Positions 37,465 through 49,960 of a stretch of DNA of 64,000 nucleotides are shown here, one piece after another. The first letter of the stretch is position 1, and each line of letters starts with the position of its first letter. Source of the stretch: Malacoraja senta (Eukaryota); contig CM075977.1 in the NCBI GenBank assembly GCA_038087875.1, positions 300,514,001 to 300,578,000 of the forward strand. Direction: 5' to 3'. The notes beneath the pieces are model-generated. The model saw nothing but the letters and a program-made list of their open reading frames with translations, ran no database searches and had not been told where the DNA came from. A program made the translations under genes and the position numbers.

Positions 37465-38340
37465 ATGGGAGAATGGGAATAAAATAGAGAGAAGGTGGAG
37501 GCAGATGTGAGAGAGAAGGAATTAGGAGAATCTGGAAGAGGGCTAAATATCATGAAATAGTTTGGTATGGAGGGGAAAGGTTGGAGCATCAGACAGGGTG
37601 GAGGTTGGACATGAGGGAGGGAGGGAGGGAGGGAGGGAGGGGGGGGCAGGGTGAGAGAAAGAAAATTAGCCAGTACATAGACGGTGATGGATACAAGATG
37701 AACAGGATTAGTTTGGAGGGTGAGGGGAAGTTAGAAAGGGTAGGTAGACAGAAATGTTGGAGTAACTCAGCAGCATCTATGGAGCGAAGGAAATAGGCAA
37801 CGTTTCGGGCCGAAATCCTTCAGTTAGAAAGGGTAGGTTGGAGAAAGGATTGGAGAGAGGAATGGAAAGTGAAGGAAACAAGAAGAAAAGAATCAAAGGT
37901 AGAGGCAAGTGGGAAGATGGGAAAGGGGGGGGGGAGTTGGCAGTGACATAGGGATAATGGATGGAAGAAGGATAAGGTGGAAAAGAAAAAGGGGAAGTGA
38001 GCGGATGGAACAAGACAGAACAGAACGATGTGAAGAAAAGAGCGTAAAAGGAGAAAGGGTAAGCAGAAAGTTTGGAAAAAGTTTGAAGGAGGGGAATTGG
38101 AAACAGAAGGGAGCAAAGAAAGCAAGGCAATGTGCAAGGAGAGGATGGAATGAACGGAGAGTAGAAAGAGTCCAATGCATAGAACCTGGATTGGAAGACA
38201 GGGGAAGGTGAACAAATAGAAATATCATCTAGATTGGGGGAACAGAATGATGAGTGGAGAACAGAAATTGAGAACATTGGAGAGTAGGGGAGGGGATATG
38301 GAGAAAGGGGTAGACAATAGAATAACCCAAAGATTAGCAG
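37465..38340 (+). repeat. Purine-rich low-complexity tract with an embedded PLE pseudo-LTR piece (37740-37825)
   Basis: Strong G/A strand skew; no credible ORF. Confidence 0.7.
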
Positions 38341-38699
38341 GATGAGAAGTTTTGATATCCCTCTTCCATACTCCCATTCTCTCCCTACACACTATCCTCT
38401 TTCTGCAAATCCCTCTCCTTTTCCTCCATTCAACTCTTACGTATCTATCTAATATCAAGCTTTTTAATATATAGTACCTTAAAGGACACTAGTGATAGGG
38501 GTCATGTTTTACGTGGTCTTTTTCCAATTTTCCACTATGCTAGTTTTCTACAACTCTGCACTCATCCTTGCTTCTCTGCCAAAGCCACATGCATCCACCC
38601 CACCAGCATTCACATTTGAAAGATCATTATTTCCCATCACTAAACACATCCTCCTATTTCCTTCCAATATTCCAAAATACCTGAAAAAATAACAAAAAC

Positions 38700-39545
38700 T
38701 GCAAATGAAATGTGAGATGAAAACAGAAAATACTGGAAATACTCACCTGGTCAGGTAGCCTGTGTGGAAAGAGAGGGTTTCTTTGATGAAAAGTCATCAA
38801 TCTGGAATGTCAGCTATTTCTCTCTTCACAATACAGCCTGATCAGCTGAGAATTTCCAGCATTTAATGCTGTTATTCCAAGGGACCATTACCTCCTTAAC
38901 TTTCTGAATCACGAGTAGTACAACTTCTTCCCGCAGCACTCTCCTGTGCCAACATAGAAGTTGCAACATTCCTCTTAATTTCCTCCTTCCCACACCCAAA
39001 GCTTTTTCAGGTGAACTCGTACATATTTCATTTTAGCATACTGTACTTGCTGGTCAAAACTTGGTCTCTTCTATTTTGAGGAGACAAAATGAAAATTAAC
39101 TGATCACTTTTATGGCAAGCTTAGTTCAAACCACCTAGTCTGTCCCAAATTCCATGTCCTTCATGCTTTGACTTCTTAGTTCTCTGTGCTGATCCATTGA
39201 TGTTCAATATAAGCTTAAGTACTGCACCTCATCTGTCCACTGGGCCTATTGTATCCTTCCAGACACAAGACTGTGACTTAGCTATTCCATTTACATTTTC
39301 CTTTCAGGTTCTCAACTTATTTATCCAGACTATTATCATCCTTATTACCATTTAAACTCGCATGTCTTTCAATCTATCACGAACCTTCTGTTCTCACTTC
39401 CTTCAGTCCTTAGCATCTTACAACTTGCTTTATCTCTTTACCTCCAGCCCTGATGAAATATCATTGGACTAAATTGTTAACCATGTGTTTCCTTCCACAA
39501 ATACTACATGATCAGTTGACAATTTCCATCATTTTCTGTTTTTAT
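38700..39545. mobile_element. Old PLE remnants (GIY-YIG region and degenerate pseudo-LTRs)
   Basis: Relic GETK motif near 39080 and degenerate (C)TGATGA cores at ~38785 and ~39450. Confidence 0.5.
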
Positions 39546-40044
39546 TGGGAGAGTAAATGTGTGAGCAGTGGGATCAGTCAACAATAGGGGACAGAAAAGC
39601 TAATGGGAGGGGACCACTTGAAAGAATACGACAAAGCTAAAAAGACTGTGGGAAGTAATGAATGAACAATAGGGGTGGTTAAAGGGGAGGGGGAATCTGT
39701 TTAAGGAAATGGAGTGCAATTGTGAAACTGCAACAAAGAAAAACAGTAAGTACCAAAGAATAAAAGGGAGAGAAGAGAACCCATTCAGAATATCAAGTGA
39801 ATTTTAGGACCAAGAAGAACAAAAGCAACGCAACAGGTGCATTCAGGTTAGAACAGGTGAAAATGGAAAAGGATGGGAACATGGGAGGACAAGGGGAATA
39901 ACGCTAAAGCAAAACAACATGGAGAAGGAAGAAGTGATATAGGAAAAGTAGCAAAGGATTGAGGAAAATATATGCCCAGAGCATTAGAGCAGCACCAGGA
40001 GAACAGAAATATCAGGGAAACCATGAACAAATGTGGAACACAAA

Positions 40045-40265
40045 AGGACACAAAGTGCTGGAGTAACTCCGTAAGTCAGGCAGCATCTCTGGAGAAGATG
40101 TATAGGTGACGTTTCAGGACCAGTCCCTTCTTCAGACCAGTATGAAGGGTCTCGACTTGAAATGTTACCTAATTGCATTCTCCAGAGATGCTAGCGGACC
40201 TGCTAAGTTACTCCAGCACTTTGTGTCTTTTTATTTATTAACCAGCATCTGCAGTTCCTTGTCTC
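40045..40265. mobile_element. Inverted PLE pseudo-LTR pair
   Basis: GTGACGTTTCAGG..CTTCTTCAGAC followed by GAAGGGTCTCGACTTGAAATGT. Confidence 0.7.
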
Positions 40266-42414
40266 AGCAAAAGTGGAGCCTTGGATAGTGGACTGGGTCA
40301 GCCGCTCACCAGCACAAACCCAGCCCAGTGCAACAGGCAAAGTACACCTCAGGACGATACCGGCAGATTCCAGGGACTGAACTCGAGAGAGATGTCTGCG
40401 GAGAATTTGATTAGGTCCACTATGGCAAGACGACGGGGATGGTGAGATTCAGCAGCATCTCGCGGTAAATGGAACCGGGAGAATAAATAATTCGCAAAGT
40501 CTGAAAATCAAAACAAAAATAGCAGATGCTAGAAATCACAAAGTCAAAACCTAGAGTCCTAGAAACATTCAGCAAGTCGGGCAGCGTCTGTGGAAAGAGA
40601 GAGATGAGGTTGCAGATGTGCCGAGGAGTCTTCCACCTGAAACCTTAACTCTCATTTCCTTTCGGCGGATGCTGCCTGGTCTGCGGAGCACTGGCAGAGA
40701 CTCGCACTCACCAGACCTGGAATGAAGCCTGGGCTCAATTCCGCATGATCCATATTTAAAGTAACATATTTTTGAAAATGATCGAGGCGGGGCATGGGAG
40801 GGGCAACTTCTACTGACAGAAAATTTAGATCACACCTCATTGGCACATCATAACAGCTGATGTTTAAGATGAAAATGCAACAGAATTGCAAATCAGTGCG
40901 GTAGTGTTGGTTCGTGGTCGTCAACGTCAAAATCACAGCGAATTTTAAGAAATTAGGAATGGATTATGGAGTGAATAATTTATTTACAAACACCTAATTG
41001 CCCGTTGCTCTTGTTTGGTAAACCATTTATCGCCTCCCGCTTGTAGGGACTGAGGTTCAAGAATAACAGTTAACGCTGACCAAATCAAACAATAGACTCG
41101 GGGGTCACATAATCGTCCTATTATCTAAATAGACATACACACTGGAAACCCTCGCCCCCACCCACGCCCTTCCCGAAATATAAAACGTGAACATAATTTG
41201 AGATTTAAGATGAGAGCGCACCATAAACTTACAGAGCGAAGCGGTGGTACAAGTGGCATGCGGGGGTTGCTATGGAGTGAAGGAGGAGGGGCAATGGCCG
41301 AGGCAGAGGATATAAAGTCTGCGGTTCCCCGCTGAAAAGCAGTTGTAGAGCTGCTCCTGGTATTGAATGATTACCATTATTTAAAGTCCCGCAACTTGCA
41401 TAGGTATTCAGCACAATAAGAAAATTACTTTCTTCTTTCATATATTTAAAAAAAACACAAATGACCCCCGATGTAAGAAAAGCAGGATATTAGCTTTTAT
41501 CAAATGTGGGACGGAAATCGCACCACGGCCAGACTCTGGAAAGAAAACCAAACTTTGCAGACGTCACCAGAGCAAGGTTTGGCTTTATAACCTGTACTGT
41601 GTTTCTTGCGTAGTGCCAAGTTTTCCAGGAGCTGTCAGATTTCTGCTGGACAATCCCATTTTTTTTCAGTGAAGGAGCTACGAAAAGGCTAGACACTACA
41701 AAAACACAGCGCACAGCTGGTCTCCAACGTCGGCGCTTCAGCGTCAAAAATGAGAGAAAGTTATAACATTTCAAACATAAGGGGAACAGGAATAGGCTCC
41801 ATACGGTCGATATAAAGTAACATTCAGCAGCCCATTCCCAGACAGCAGCACAAATCTATTTGGATAAAACGCGTGTGTGACCCAGACAAGTTGGCATTTG
41901 GCCCAAATACATTACACCGGCAGCTCAAGTGAAAAGAAGTGTCTCTGCAACAATGAAAGAGTTGGAAAGACTGTGCCTTCTTGCACACTTTCTAGCATTG
42001 TTTCAGTTTTAAATACATAATTGGATATTTGCTTTACCCTTCCCACATTCGATTAATTGGATGGAGGCATCCTTAAAAGGAACCCTCATACACCACGCGA
42101 GGTACAGATTAAATCAAATAACACCACTTTGCACAGCGCTCGTTGCTCTCCTGAACCCATACGCGAAATTTAGCCATCCTATTTAAAATGCACCAGGAGG
42201 TAATCTGCCAAATTAGGGCTTCAAACATATCATCACAAGACAAAATTAAACGATTTCTTTAGTGCAGTACACTTCAGCCAAAAAGTGAAATAATTGAAAA
42301 TGCTTCAGTGTCCAAACCCATTAATTTACAATGCAACTCGCAGTGAGCTTCAGCAGTAAATCAACACTTTAAGATAAACAAAGGGGTCTGAAAAATTGTA
42401 CTAATAGCCTTTAC

Positions 42415-43070
42415 CGTTTTCATCTTCATTCTGGGAAGGTTTTAAGTGCAGCTTTCAAACAATAGACCGTGCACACTGGCGATCCGCACCAACCAATTCT
42501 ACTCTCTCGAAACCACAAGTTATTTTCATCCAGAACAGAATCCTGCAGTTTGGAGGGGGTGGAGGGAGGTAGGGGGTGGAGGGGGTGGGGGGCGGGGGAG
42601 ATTACTGAAGTTACTGACTTGGCAGAAACTGGGATGCAATCAGCTACCACCAAGCAACATAGATTTTTTCCCCCCCACTGACTCCTCTCCCGGGCAGCTG
42701 AGTTCGTACAAAGCTCTATGGGACAGTTGCAAAGGCAGGCAGGCAGGCAATACAACAAAGTATATAAAACAGCCCGATCTGGCTACCGGCCTTCAGCCAA
42801 GTTTAGACTTGCAATCTGGCAATCCGGTGTGAGCGCCACAGCGTACTTACGTCAGTGAAAAAATGCACAAGCACTTTTTTTTCAACGGCCCGGTTTGCGC
42901 GCATGTGCCGCGGATCACGTGAAGGGGAGGGGGACGGAGGGGTCCAGTCAGGGTGGAACTGGCATCGGGGAGTCCAGCCCAAAGCAATCTTCAAAAAAGA
43001 GATCTGCACTCTCATAGTGAAGTAAGAAATGAGCGATTGTCCAGCTCGCGTCCCTCTCCTCTTTAATAGT
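42415..43070 (-). promoter_or_regulatory. ADAMTS6: Candidate ADAMTS6 promoter and non-coding exon 1
   Basis: Lies in a TE-poor, CpG-retaining block. Minus-strand TATTAAA at 43068-43062 with CA/Inr-like sites at ~43038-43030. E-box CACGTG, NRF1-like TGCGCGCATG and TTACGTCA motifs. Two donor candidates: GAC|GTAAGT at 42851 and ACG|GTAAAG at 42415. Confidence 0.5.
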
Positions 43071-44589
43071 AACAGTGCATCGAACTTTGCTGACTAAGGG
43101 TATTCCGCTTCTTCAGTTCAACATGGGGAAACAAAGCACACGTCGGAAACGCACCGTCAACTTAACAGTAATGTTATGGAGGGGAGTATGTGAGATTGCT
43201 ATTCGTCTAGAGATTATCGTTGGCATAGTTTCCTTGTTGTGAAAGTGTCCCATTAGGATTATGTTGTCTTCAATTTTGGGTGCATCAAGTTAATCTATTA
43301 TAGTTTAGATCTGTAAAAAAAATAAAGCTCAACAGCTTTCATCGGTAGAACCAGCGTTGTCATTCGTCCCAAAAGCTCTTGACTTGCATGACTTACATTA
43401 GAATGGATTGAAAGTTGAGTTAAGTTGTTACCTCCCAGTATCAGTACTATGATAAACTTTTAAACAACCTCAAACCATTACAGCATTTTTAGGTTGGACG
43501 TATACATACCGGTGAAATAATTAGCTCGCTCTCTCGTAATTTATATCGTACAGAATAATATCTGCGTTTATTAATAGGAGAGCGGTTAAACTATTGCCTC
43601 GATATATCACCTGCCAAAAACATAGCATTTACGCTCATTTTACAAGGAAGCCGCTCAAAAATTAGAAGGAAGGAATTAAATGCTTAGATCCTCTATCCTT
43701 TTAAAAATAGAGCCTAACGTGGAGGGGTTTGCACTCTTTTAAGGACGTCTAGCACGAACTGAATTTACGCATTCCACACTGACACCCTGGGTAAATTGTA
43801 GTCGCAAACTATTGTTGAGTTCCAAAACGCGAATTACTGACAGGAAGCTGGATTGGTCGATATTGTGCGACATGCTGAGTGTAAATCAGGTCTGCCCTTC
43901 CCGTTCTAACTGACTGCAATATCAAAGAACCCGCGCAAATGAAATGTCTCACAAACTTGGCAGACAGTTCAATCGAGCTGTGGTGTACTTCTGGTTTACA
44001 ATTGAAGGTTAAAACGACATTGGGCAATTATAGCGTGCAGATCCCGAAAGATAGATTTGAAAATAAAAATAAATCGTGAAACATAAAATGGATGTTCTTC
44101 TCAGCATCACTGTAAGTTTAGATTTAACTTAAAACAAAAACACGAAATAAATGAGTAAACGCAGACTGCTGATTTGAGCCATTGCAATCTAAACATTTCG
44201 AAGAAGTATTCACGAACATGTTGTGTACTTAATTGGATTGGTTCCAGTTAATACACAATATCCAACACCTCTAAATAGACATAAGCATTAAAGTGGGCGG
44301 TACATGGGAGCACCTCTAGTTCTGCAGGTATCTGCCGCCGCGATCGTAGTCACCTATGCATTGTGGGCAACAATGTTGTCATGAAACTGTTACATCAGTG
44401 GATGCTGATGTAACCTTCAGTATTACATCAAAAGGCAATTCACAACGCTGTTCCAAACAATTATACAATAATATTTTACCCTTTGAACTTCGTTTGTCTG
44501 TTTCATGTCTCAAGGAAAACGACTGCGAGTAGCGAGTTAATCTTAGCAGCTTCCGAAACAGCCTGTACATCTGATTTGGAGAAGGGGAA

Positions 44590-45780
44590 ATATAAAGGGG
44601 ATGGGAGTTTTTACTTGAAATTTAGAGAAATCAGAGCTCATACCATTAGGTTGTAATCTACCCAAGCGGATAATTAGGCACTGTTCCTCCAGTTTGTTTG
44701 TGGTGTAACTTTGGCAATCGAGGAGGCCAGGGAAAGAAAGGTCAGTGTGGGAAGGGGAGTTAGAATGTTTAGCCACAAGTGTTCAGCAAAACAATTGCCT
44801 AGTCTACGCTTGGTCTCATTGATGTAAAAGAGCCAACACAGATAGACAAAGTTGTAAGAGGTGCACATGAACCTCAGCCTCGACTGGAACATGCTGCTGG
44901 GGATGGTTGTTGAGGCAAATACAATAGTGGCATTTTAAAGACTTTTGGATTGGCATATGGGTATGCAAGGAATGGTGGGATATGGATCATGTACAGGTAG
45001 ATACGAGATGGTCTTGGCATTATGTTTGGCACAGGCATATTAAGGCCCTTTTCTTTTTGCTGTACTGTTCTAACTGGAAAGGCTGCTAGGGTCCCTGGAT
45101 ATAAGTGAGAGAGCAGTTGTAGGGGCAGGTGTTACATCTGCAGTATCAGGGGAATATGCCTGGGGAGGAGATGGCTTGGATCAGAGATAAACAAACCAAG
45201 CAACGTTAGAGAGAGTGGTCACTACAGAAAGCAGAAAGGGGTGGGGACAGGTGACTGGTGATGGGATCCCATTGAAATAAGTAGAAACACCAGAGTGTTG
45301 GATGTGGAAGCTGTTGGAAGGAAAAGTGAGGACCAGGGGAACTATCTTTGTGTCATCCGGGGGAGGGGAGCAAGAGCAGAATTGCAGGACACAGAAGAGA
45401 TATGAGCGAGGGATCCATCCACAACAGCAAGGAGCAGCCCACTTTTACTGAAGGAAGAGGACATCTCAGATGTCTGAAAATGGTTAAGCCTCATCTTGGA
45501 AGCAGATGTGACAGAAATGGAGACATTTTGACTAATGGGTGGTGTCCTCGCAAGAGGGTGGGAGGAAGTGTACTTAAGGTACTGCGGGAGTCAGTGGGTT
45601 TGTATTAGACATCAGTTATTAGACTGTCCTCTGTGATGGAGACAGAGATATTGAGAAAGGAGCGATTTCAGAGATGGTTCGAGTGAATTTGAGGGCAGGA
45701 TGGATATTAGCAGTAATATCAATTAAATCAATAAGCTCTGCACGTGTGCAGGAGGCAGCACCAATGCAGTCCATTTCCAG
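44590..45780 (-). mobile_element. Penelope-like RT/GIY-YIG fragment with a CR1 3' piece at ~44900-45070
   Basis: FMCTSYNFVY..YINETKRRLGNCFAEHL and KLEEQCLIIRLGRLQPNGM peptides. Confidence 0.8.
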
Positions 45781-46805
45781 GGCAGCAGTGCCAAATGTTA
45801 AAGCTTTCCTGGCCCCTCACAGGCCAGAACCCTTCGTACTAACACCTAGATCCCACTGCACTTCCTCTAACGGTAACCACACCACTTCCTCTACCCCCCA
45901 CTGCTACACCAGTACACACATCCCTCTCTTCTCTGAGATCCCTCCTCCCTCCACATTTCTTCTCCTGAGACCCCTGCCCCTCTCTGTCTTCTTCAGACCC
46001 TGTGTCTGACCCCAGCTCCAACCCCTGTCATGTAGTCACCATCTCCTTGGCCAATCTCCAATGCTGAACGGTCCGCAGCAGAGACCTTACCTGTGTATCC
46101 CCATGCCCACACCCCCAACATATTCTGAGCCCATCATCATATCGAGCTCTTCTGCGCTTTAGCGGCTTAAATTTGATTTGTCTTTCAGTTTTCTTTTCGC
46201 ATCATGTGCAAAAATAATAATTTTAAGAAATAAGTCTTGAAACTAAAATAAAAACAAATCTGGATGGCCACATGTTATCTTAAATCACATAAGATATAAT
46301 GTTTCTAGTCTCTTTTCTCAATTACTTTGCAGCCACAAGAAACGGCAGATAATGGAATCTTGAGCAAGAAACAAAGTGCTGGAGGAACTCAGTGTGTCAA
46401 GTTACATCAGTGGTGGGAATGGATTCCTCCAGTCGGCCTTCTACCTTCAGCCTTTTCATCTCAATCTCCACAACATCAACCATTTTGATTTTGTCACTCC
46501 TTTTATCCAGTCCAATATCGTCCCCACCGAATGTGCAGCCCTCACTCACCCAGTAACAATCACAATAATGTCATTAAACCCATTGACAAGGGAAGTGCTG
46601 TTGTAGTCTGACAGGCTGGCCTCAACCATGCTAAGGCCAGGTGTCAGTTGTCAGTTCCTGCACATCTCCTCACACCTGCTGCTTGACCATGACTCCACGA
46701 CGAACACCAGGCCACCATCTCCCAAGTCATCATTGATCTTATCGCCACCAGGAAACTCACCTCCACAGCCTTCAACCTTGGAGTTCTCCACACTCCACTT
46801 TGGAA

Positions 46806-47098
46806 TGGCAAAGTGTTGCAGCGGTAGAGTTGGTGCCTTACAGCACTAGAGACCGGGTTCGATCCTGACTAAGGGTGCTGTCTGCACGGACTTTGTATGT
46901 TCTCCCTGTGACCGCATGTTTTTTCCAAGTTCTCCGGTTTCCTCCCACATTTCAAAGATGTGGAGGTTTGTACGTTAATTGGCCTCTATAAATTGCCCCT
47001 AGTGTAGGATAGAACGTGCATGGATGATCGCTGGTCGATGCAGAATCAGCTGGCCAAAGGGTCTGTTGCCACGCTGTATCTTTAAGCTAAACTAAACT
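46806..47098 (+). mobile_element. tRNA-derived V-SINE (HE1-like)
   Basis: A-box-like GTGTTGCAGCGG, B-box GGTTCGATCC, V-domain TTCTCCCTGTGACC..TCCGGTTTCCTCCCACA, CR1-like tail (CTAAA)n. Confidence 0.8.
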
Positions 47099-47210
47099 CC
47101 CTGTTTCTATCCTCTTCCAAAATTCCACAAGCAGGGCTGCCTTGGTGGACCCACTGTTTCGGCCTGCTTCTGCTCTACCAATTTAATCTCAATTTACCTT
47201 GATTCTATCT

Positions 47211-47888
47211 TTCAAGGTTTCAAGGTCAGTTTATTGTCACATGTACCAATTAAGGTACAGTGAAATTCGAATCCATACAGCCATATTAAAGAAAAAGCAC
47301 AAGACACAACTACATAAAAGTTAACATAAACATCCACCACAGCGGATTCCCCACATTCCTCACTGTGATGGAAGGCAATAAAGTCCAATCTTCTTCCTCT
47401 TTATTCTTCCGTGGTCGGGGCAGTCGAACCATCTGCAGTCGGGGTGATCTAAGCTCCCGCGTCGGGGCGATCGAAGCTCCTGCGGCTTGAGTTCCCAAAG
47501 TCGGTCTCTAACCAAGGACCTTGAGCTCCACGATGTTAAAGTCCACAGGCCCCAGGGCTTGGAGCCAAGAGGTCGATCCCTGGCAAAGGGATCGCGAGCT
47601 CCATGATTCTAAGTCCGCAGGCTTCCGCGGTGGAGCTCTCGAAATCAGTCTCCAGCAAAGGCCGTCAATTCCTCAATGTTAGGCCGCAGTGCGGATGGTT
47701 ATATGATACGGAAATACATTGCATCTCCGTCAAGGTAAGAGATAAGAAAAAGTTTCCCCCAAACCCCTACGCCCCACCCCACACATGAAACAAGCTAAAT
47801 AACACTAAAATCATACATTTAACACATACAAACAACAAAGGAGGAAGAGACAGACAGACTGTTGGCAGGGCAGCCATTGCTTGCGCCC
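47211..47888 (-). mobile_element. Non-autonomous retroposon, copy 3
   Basis: 5' GGCGC..ATGGCTGCCCTGCCAACAGTCTG homologous to 2365; 3' TTTCACTGTACCTTAATTGGTACATGTGACAATAAA plus a short (CCTTGAAA) tail. Confidence 0.75.
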
Positions 47889-49960
47889 TGCCTTGTCCAG
47901 CCTCTTCTGACCTACATCAAGACCTACATCTATAAAATTCTATAATCTATAAGACACCTCACATTCTCTTCAATACTTCCATTTCCTAGGTCCAAATTGC
48001 CTCATATTTCCTATGGATGTGCAGTCACTTTACACCTCCATTCCTCACCAGGAAGTCTTCAAGGTCATTCAGTTCTTCATTGAACAGAGACAAAATCAAT
48101 TCCCCATTTGCTAACACTCTCCTCCACCTGGTGGAATGTGCTCACCTTTAACAAATTCTCTTTTGACTCCTGTCATTTTTTGTTTAAGTCAAAGGTGTAG
48201 ACACAGGCACCCACACGGGGCCCAGCTATGTCTGTCTTTTTATTGGTTAGCTTGAATATACCTTGTTCCAAACATAGCCAAGCACCATTCCTCAAATTGT
48301 TTTCTGCTATATAAACAACTGCATTGGGGCAACTTCTGTAGTAGCCTTGCAGAAACTGCCTTTATCATCAACTTCACCATTCACTTTGATGGCAGGGTGG
48401 AAGATGGGTCCCAATCCAAAACATAGCCAGCCCATTCCCTCCACCGATGTTGTCTGACCAGCTGAGTTACTTCAGCACTTTGTTATTTTTACTCAATTAC
48501 TTTGCATGGTGAATCAGGCTTTATTTCCATTAGACTATTGCAACCCACGTCGGAGGAAGTAGATGTAAAATGTTTAGTGGTGTACAGGACCGTCAATTGG
48601 ATTTCTCAATGTTGCTGTAGAGCGTTTGCGTATGAGTTTTCTTAGGAGTGATAGGGAAATGCATCAGCCCCCCTCACCATTAGTTCTCCGCGTGAATTCT
48701 TGGGGCTTGGCTCAACGCCAAACAACCCTGAAAGATACATCTTACGGCAGCTACTGATAATCTCTTGTAAACATGTTTGAACGGTTTGGCGAAATGGTAA
48801 AGCGATTGTCCAGAATGAAATACTCGAACTATGATTCCAGAATCCATTCTTTAACAGAATAAAAAGCATTGAAAGAGAAGAAATATTTCAACAATTCTTA
48901 GAATGCATGCAGGTGAACGTATTGGATAAGTAAAACGTTTCCTTTCATTTATGGTATATTTTCATATTTATCTACTGGGCGTATCATTGGATGCGCACGA
49001 CAGATTGGTATTGATATACAAGTGAAACCAAGTAACTGATATTTTACAGGCATTCCCTGTTGTATATTTAAATTGCCACCACGGGTTTATTTGAGAATGG
49101 CCGTCTTAAAATAAATTTCGAAAGTACGTTAAGCTACTTCTGTGGCAGTCACATATTTCATAACATTTTTTGGGAACTACGAGGTTGCTATCTCTACAAG
49201 ATACCTCCAACTTGCTGGACCAGTGTGAGACACTCAAAGGGATTATTTACTACTTGCCGTTTATTCACACAACGCCATCCCGCGGTTTCGGGAATTACGA
49301 CAAGAAGAAGACTACAACATTCGAGCAACTGGTAGAAAATCCTTGTAAATACTTCTGTGTGCTTTAGAATTTGTATAAGACGAGAAATATAATAACTGAG
49401 CTACACACAGGGTGAATGAAAGAGTATTTGCTGTAATAAATGGGGATACGCCTCCATTTTAGAATAACCAAACCTACCTGGTTTTGTTGCCCGATACACT
49501 TTGAAACATTGCTGAGTTTCACAGGATTAACATCACACAGAAACAAAGACAATTTACCTACGGCAGTGCTTTATTATTCGGTTTCCTACAATGATAATGT
49601 AATTGTTACAAATGTCCTTGCCTTTGGAAAGCTTTGTAGTTTTAATTAATTAACAAAAAGGTGCATTCGAGTTGTTATTTGCTAATTTATAGAAAATACA
49701 TTACTAGTCGTTAATCTCAAAGTTAGTAATAGTTTGCATATTAGGTTGAAAGTGGAGGAATATGCAACATAGAATGACCAGGGGAATGGAGGGATATGGA
49801 TCATATGCAGGCACATGAGATTATTTTAACTTGGCATCACAGGGCTGCCAACTCTCACGCATTGAGCGAGACTCACGCATTTGAGGACATTCTCACGCTC
49901 TCACGCTGATGACAGAAGTTCTCACGCTCAAAAAAATATTTTAAAAAATGTATGAATAAA

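Larger units (their letters stand above)
46430..48390 (+). mobile_element. Penelope-like RT fragment interrupted by a SINE and a non-autonomous retroposon
   Basis: Relics DKGSAVV, KIHK-like, MDVQSLYTSIPH and QVKGV..GPSY. Confidence 0.75.

Noticed and set aside
37777-38277. Hydrophobic Phe/Pro/Ser-rich ORFs
   Set aside because: Translation of a low-complexity purine/pyrimidine-skewed tract.
46806-46870. tRNA gene
   Set aside because: A/B boxes are the head of a SINE that continues into V-domain and LINE tail; no cloverleaf.
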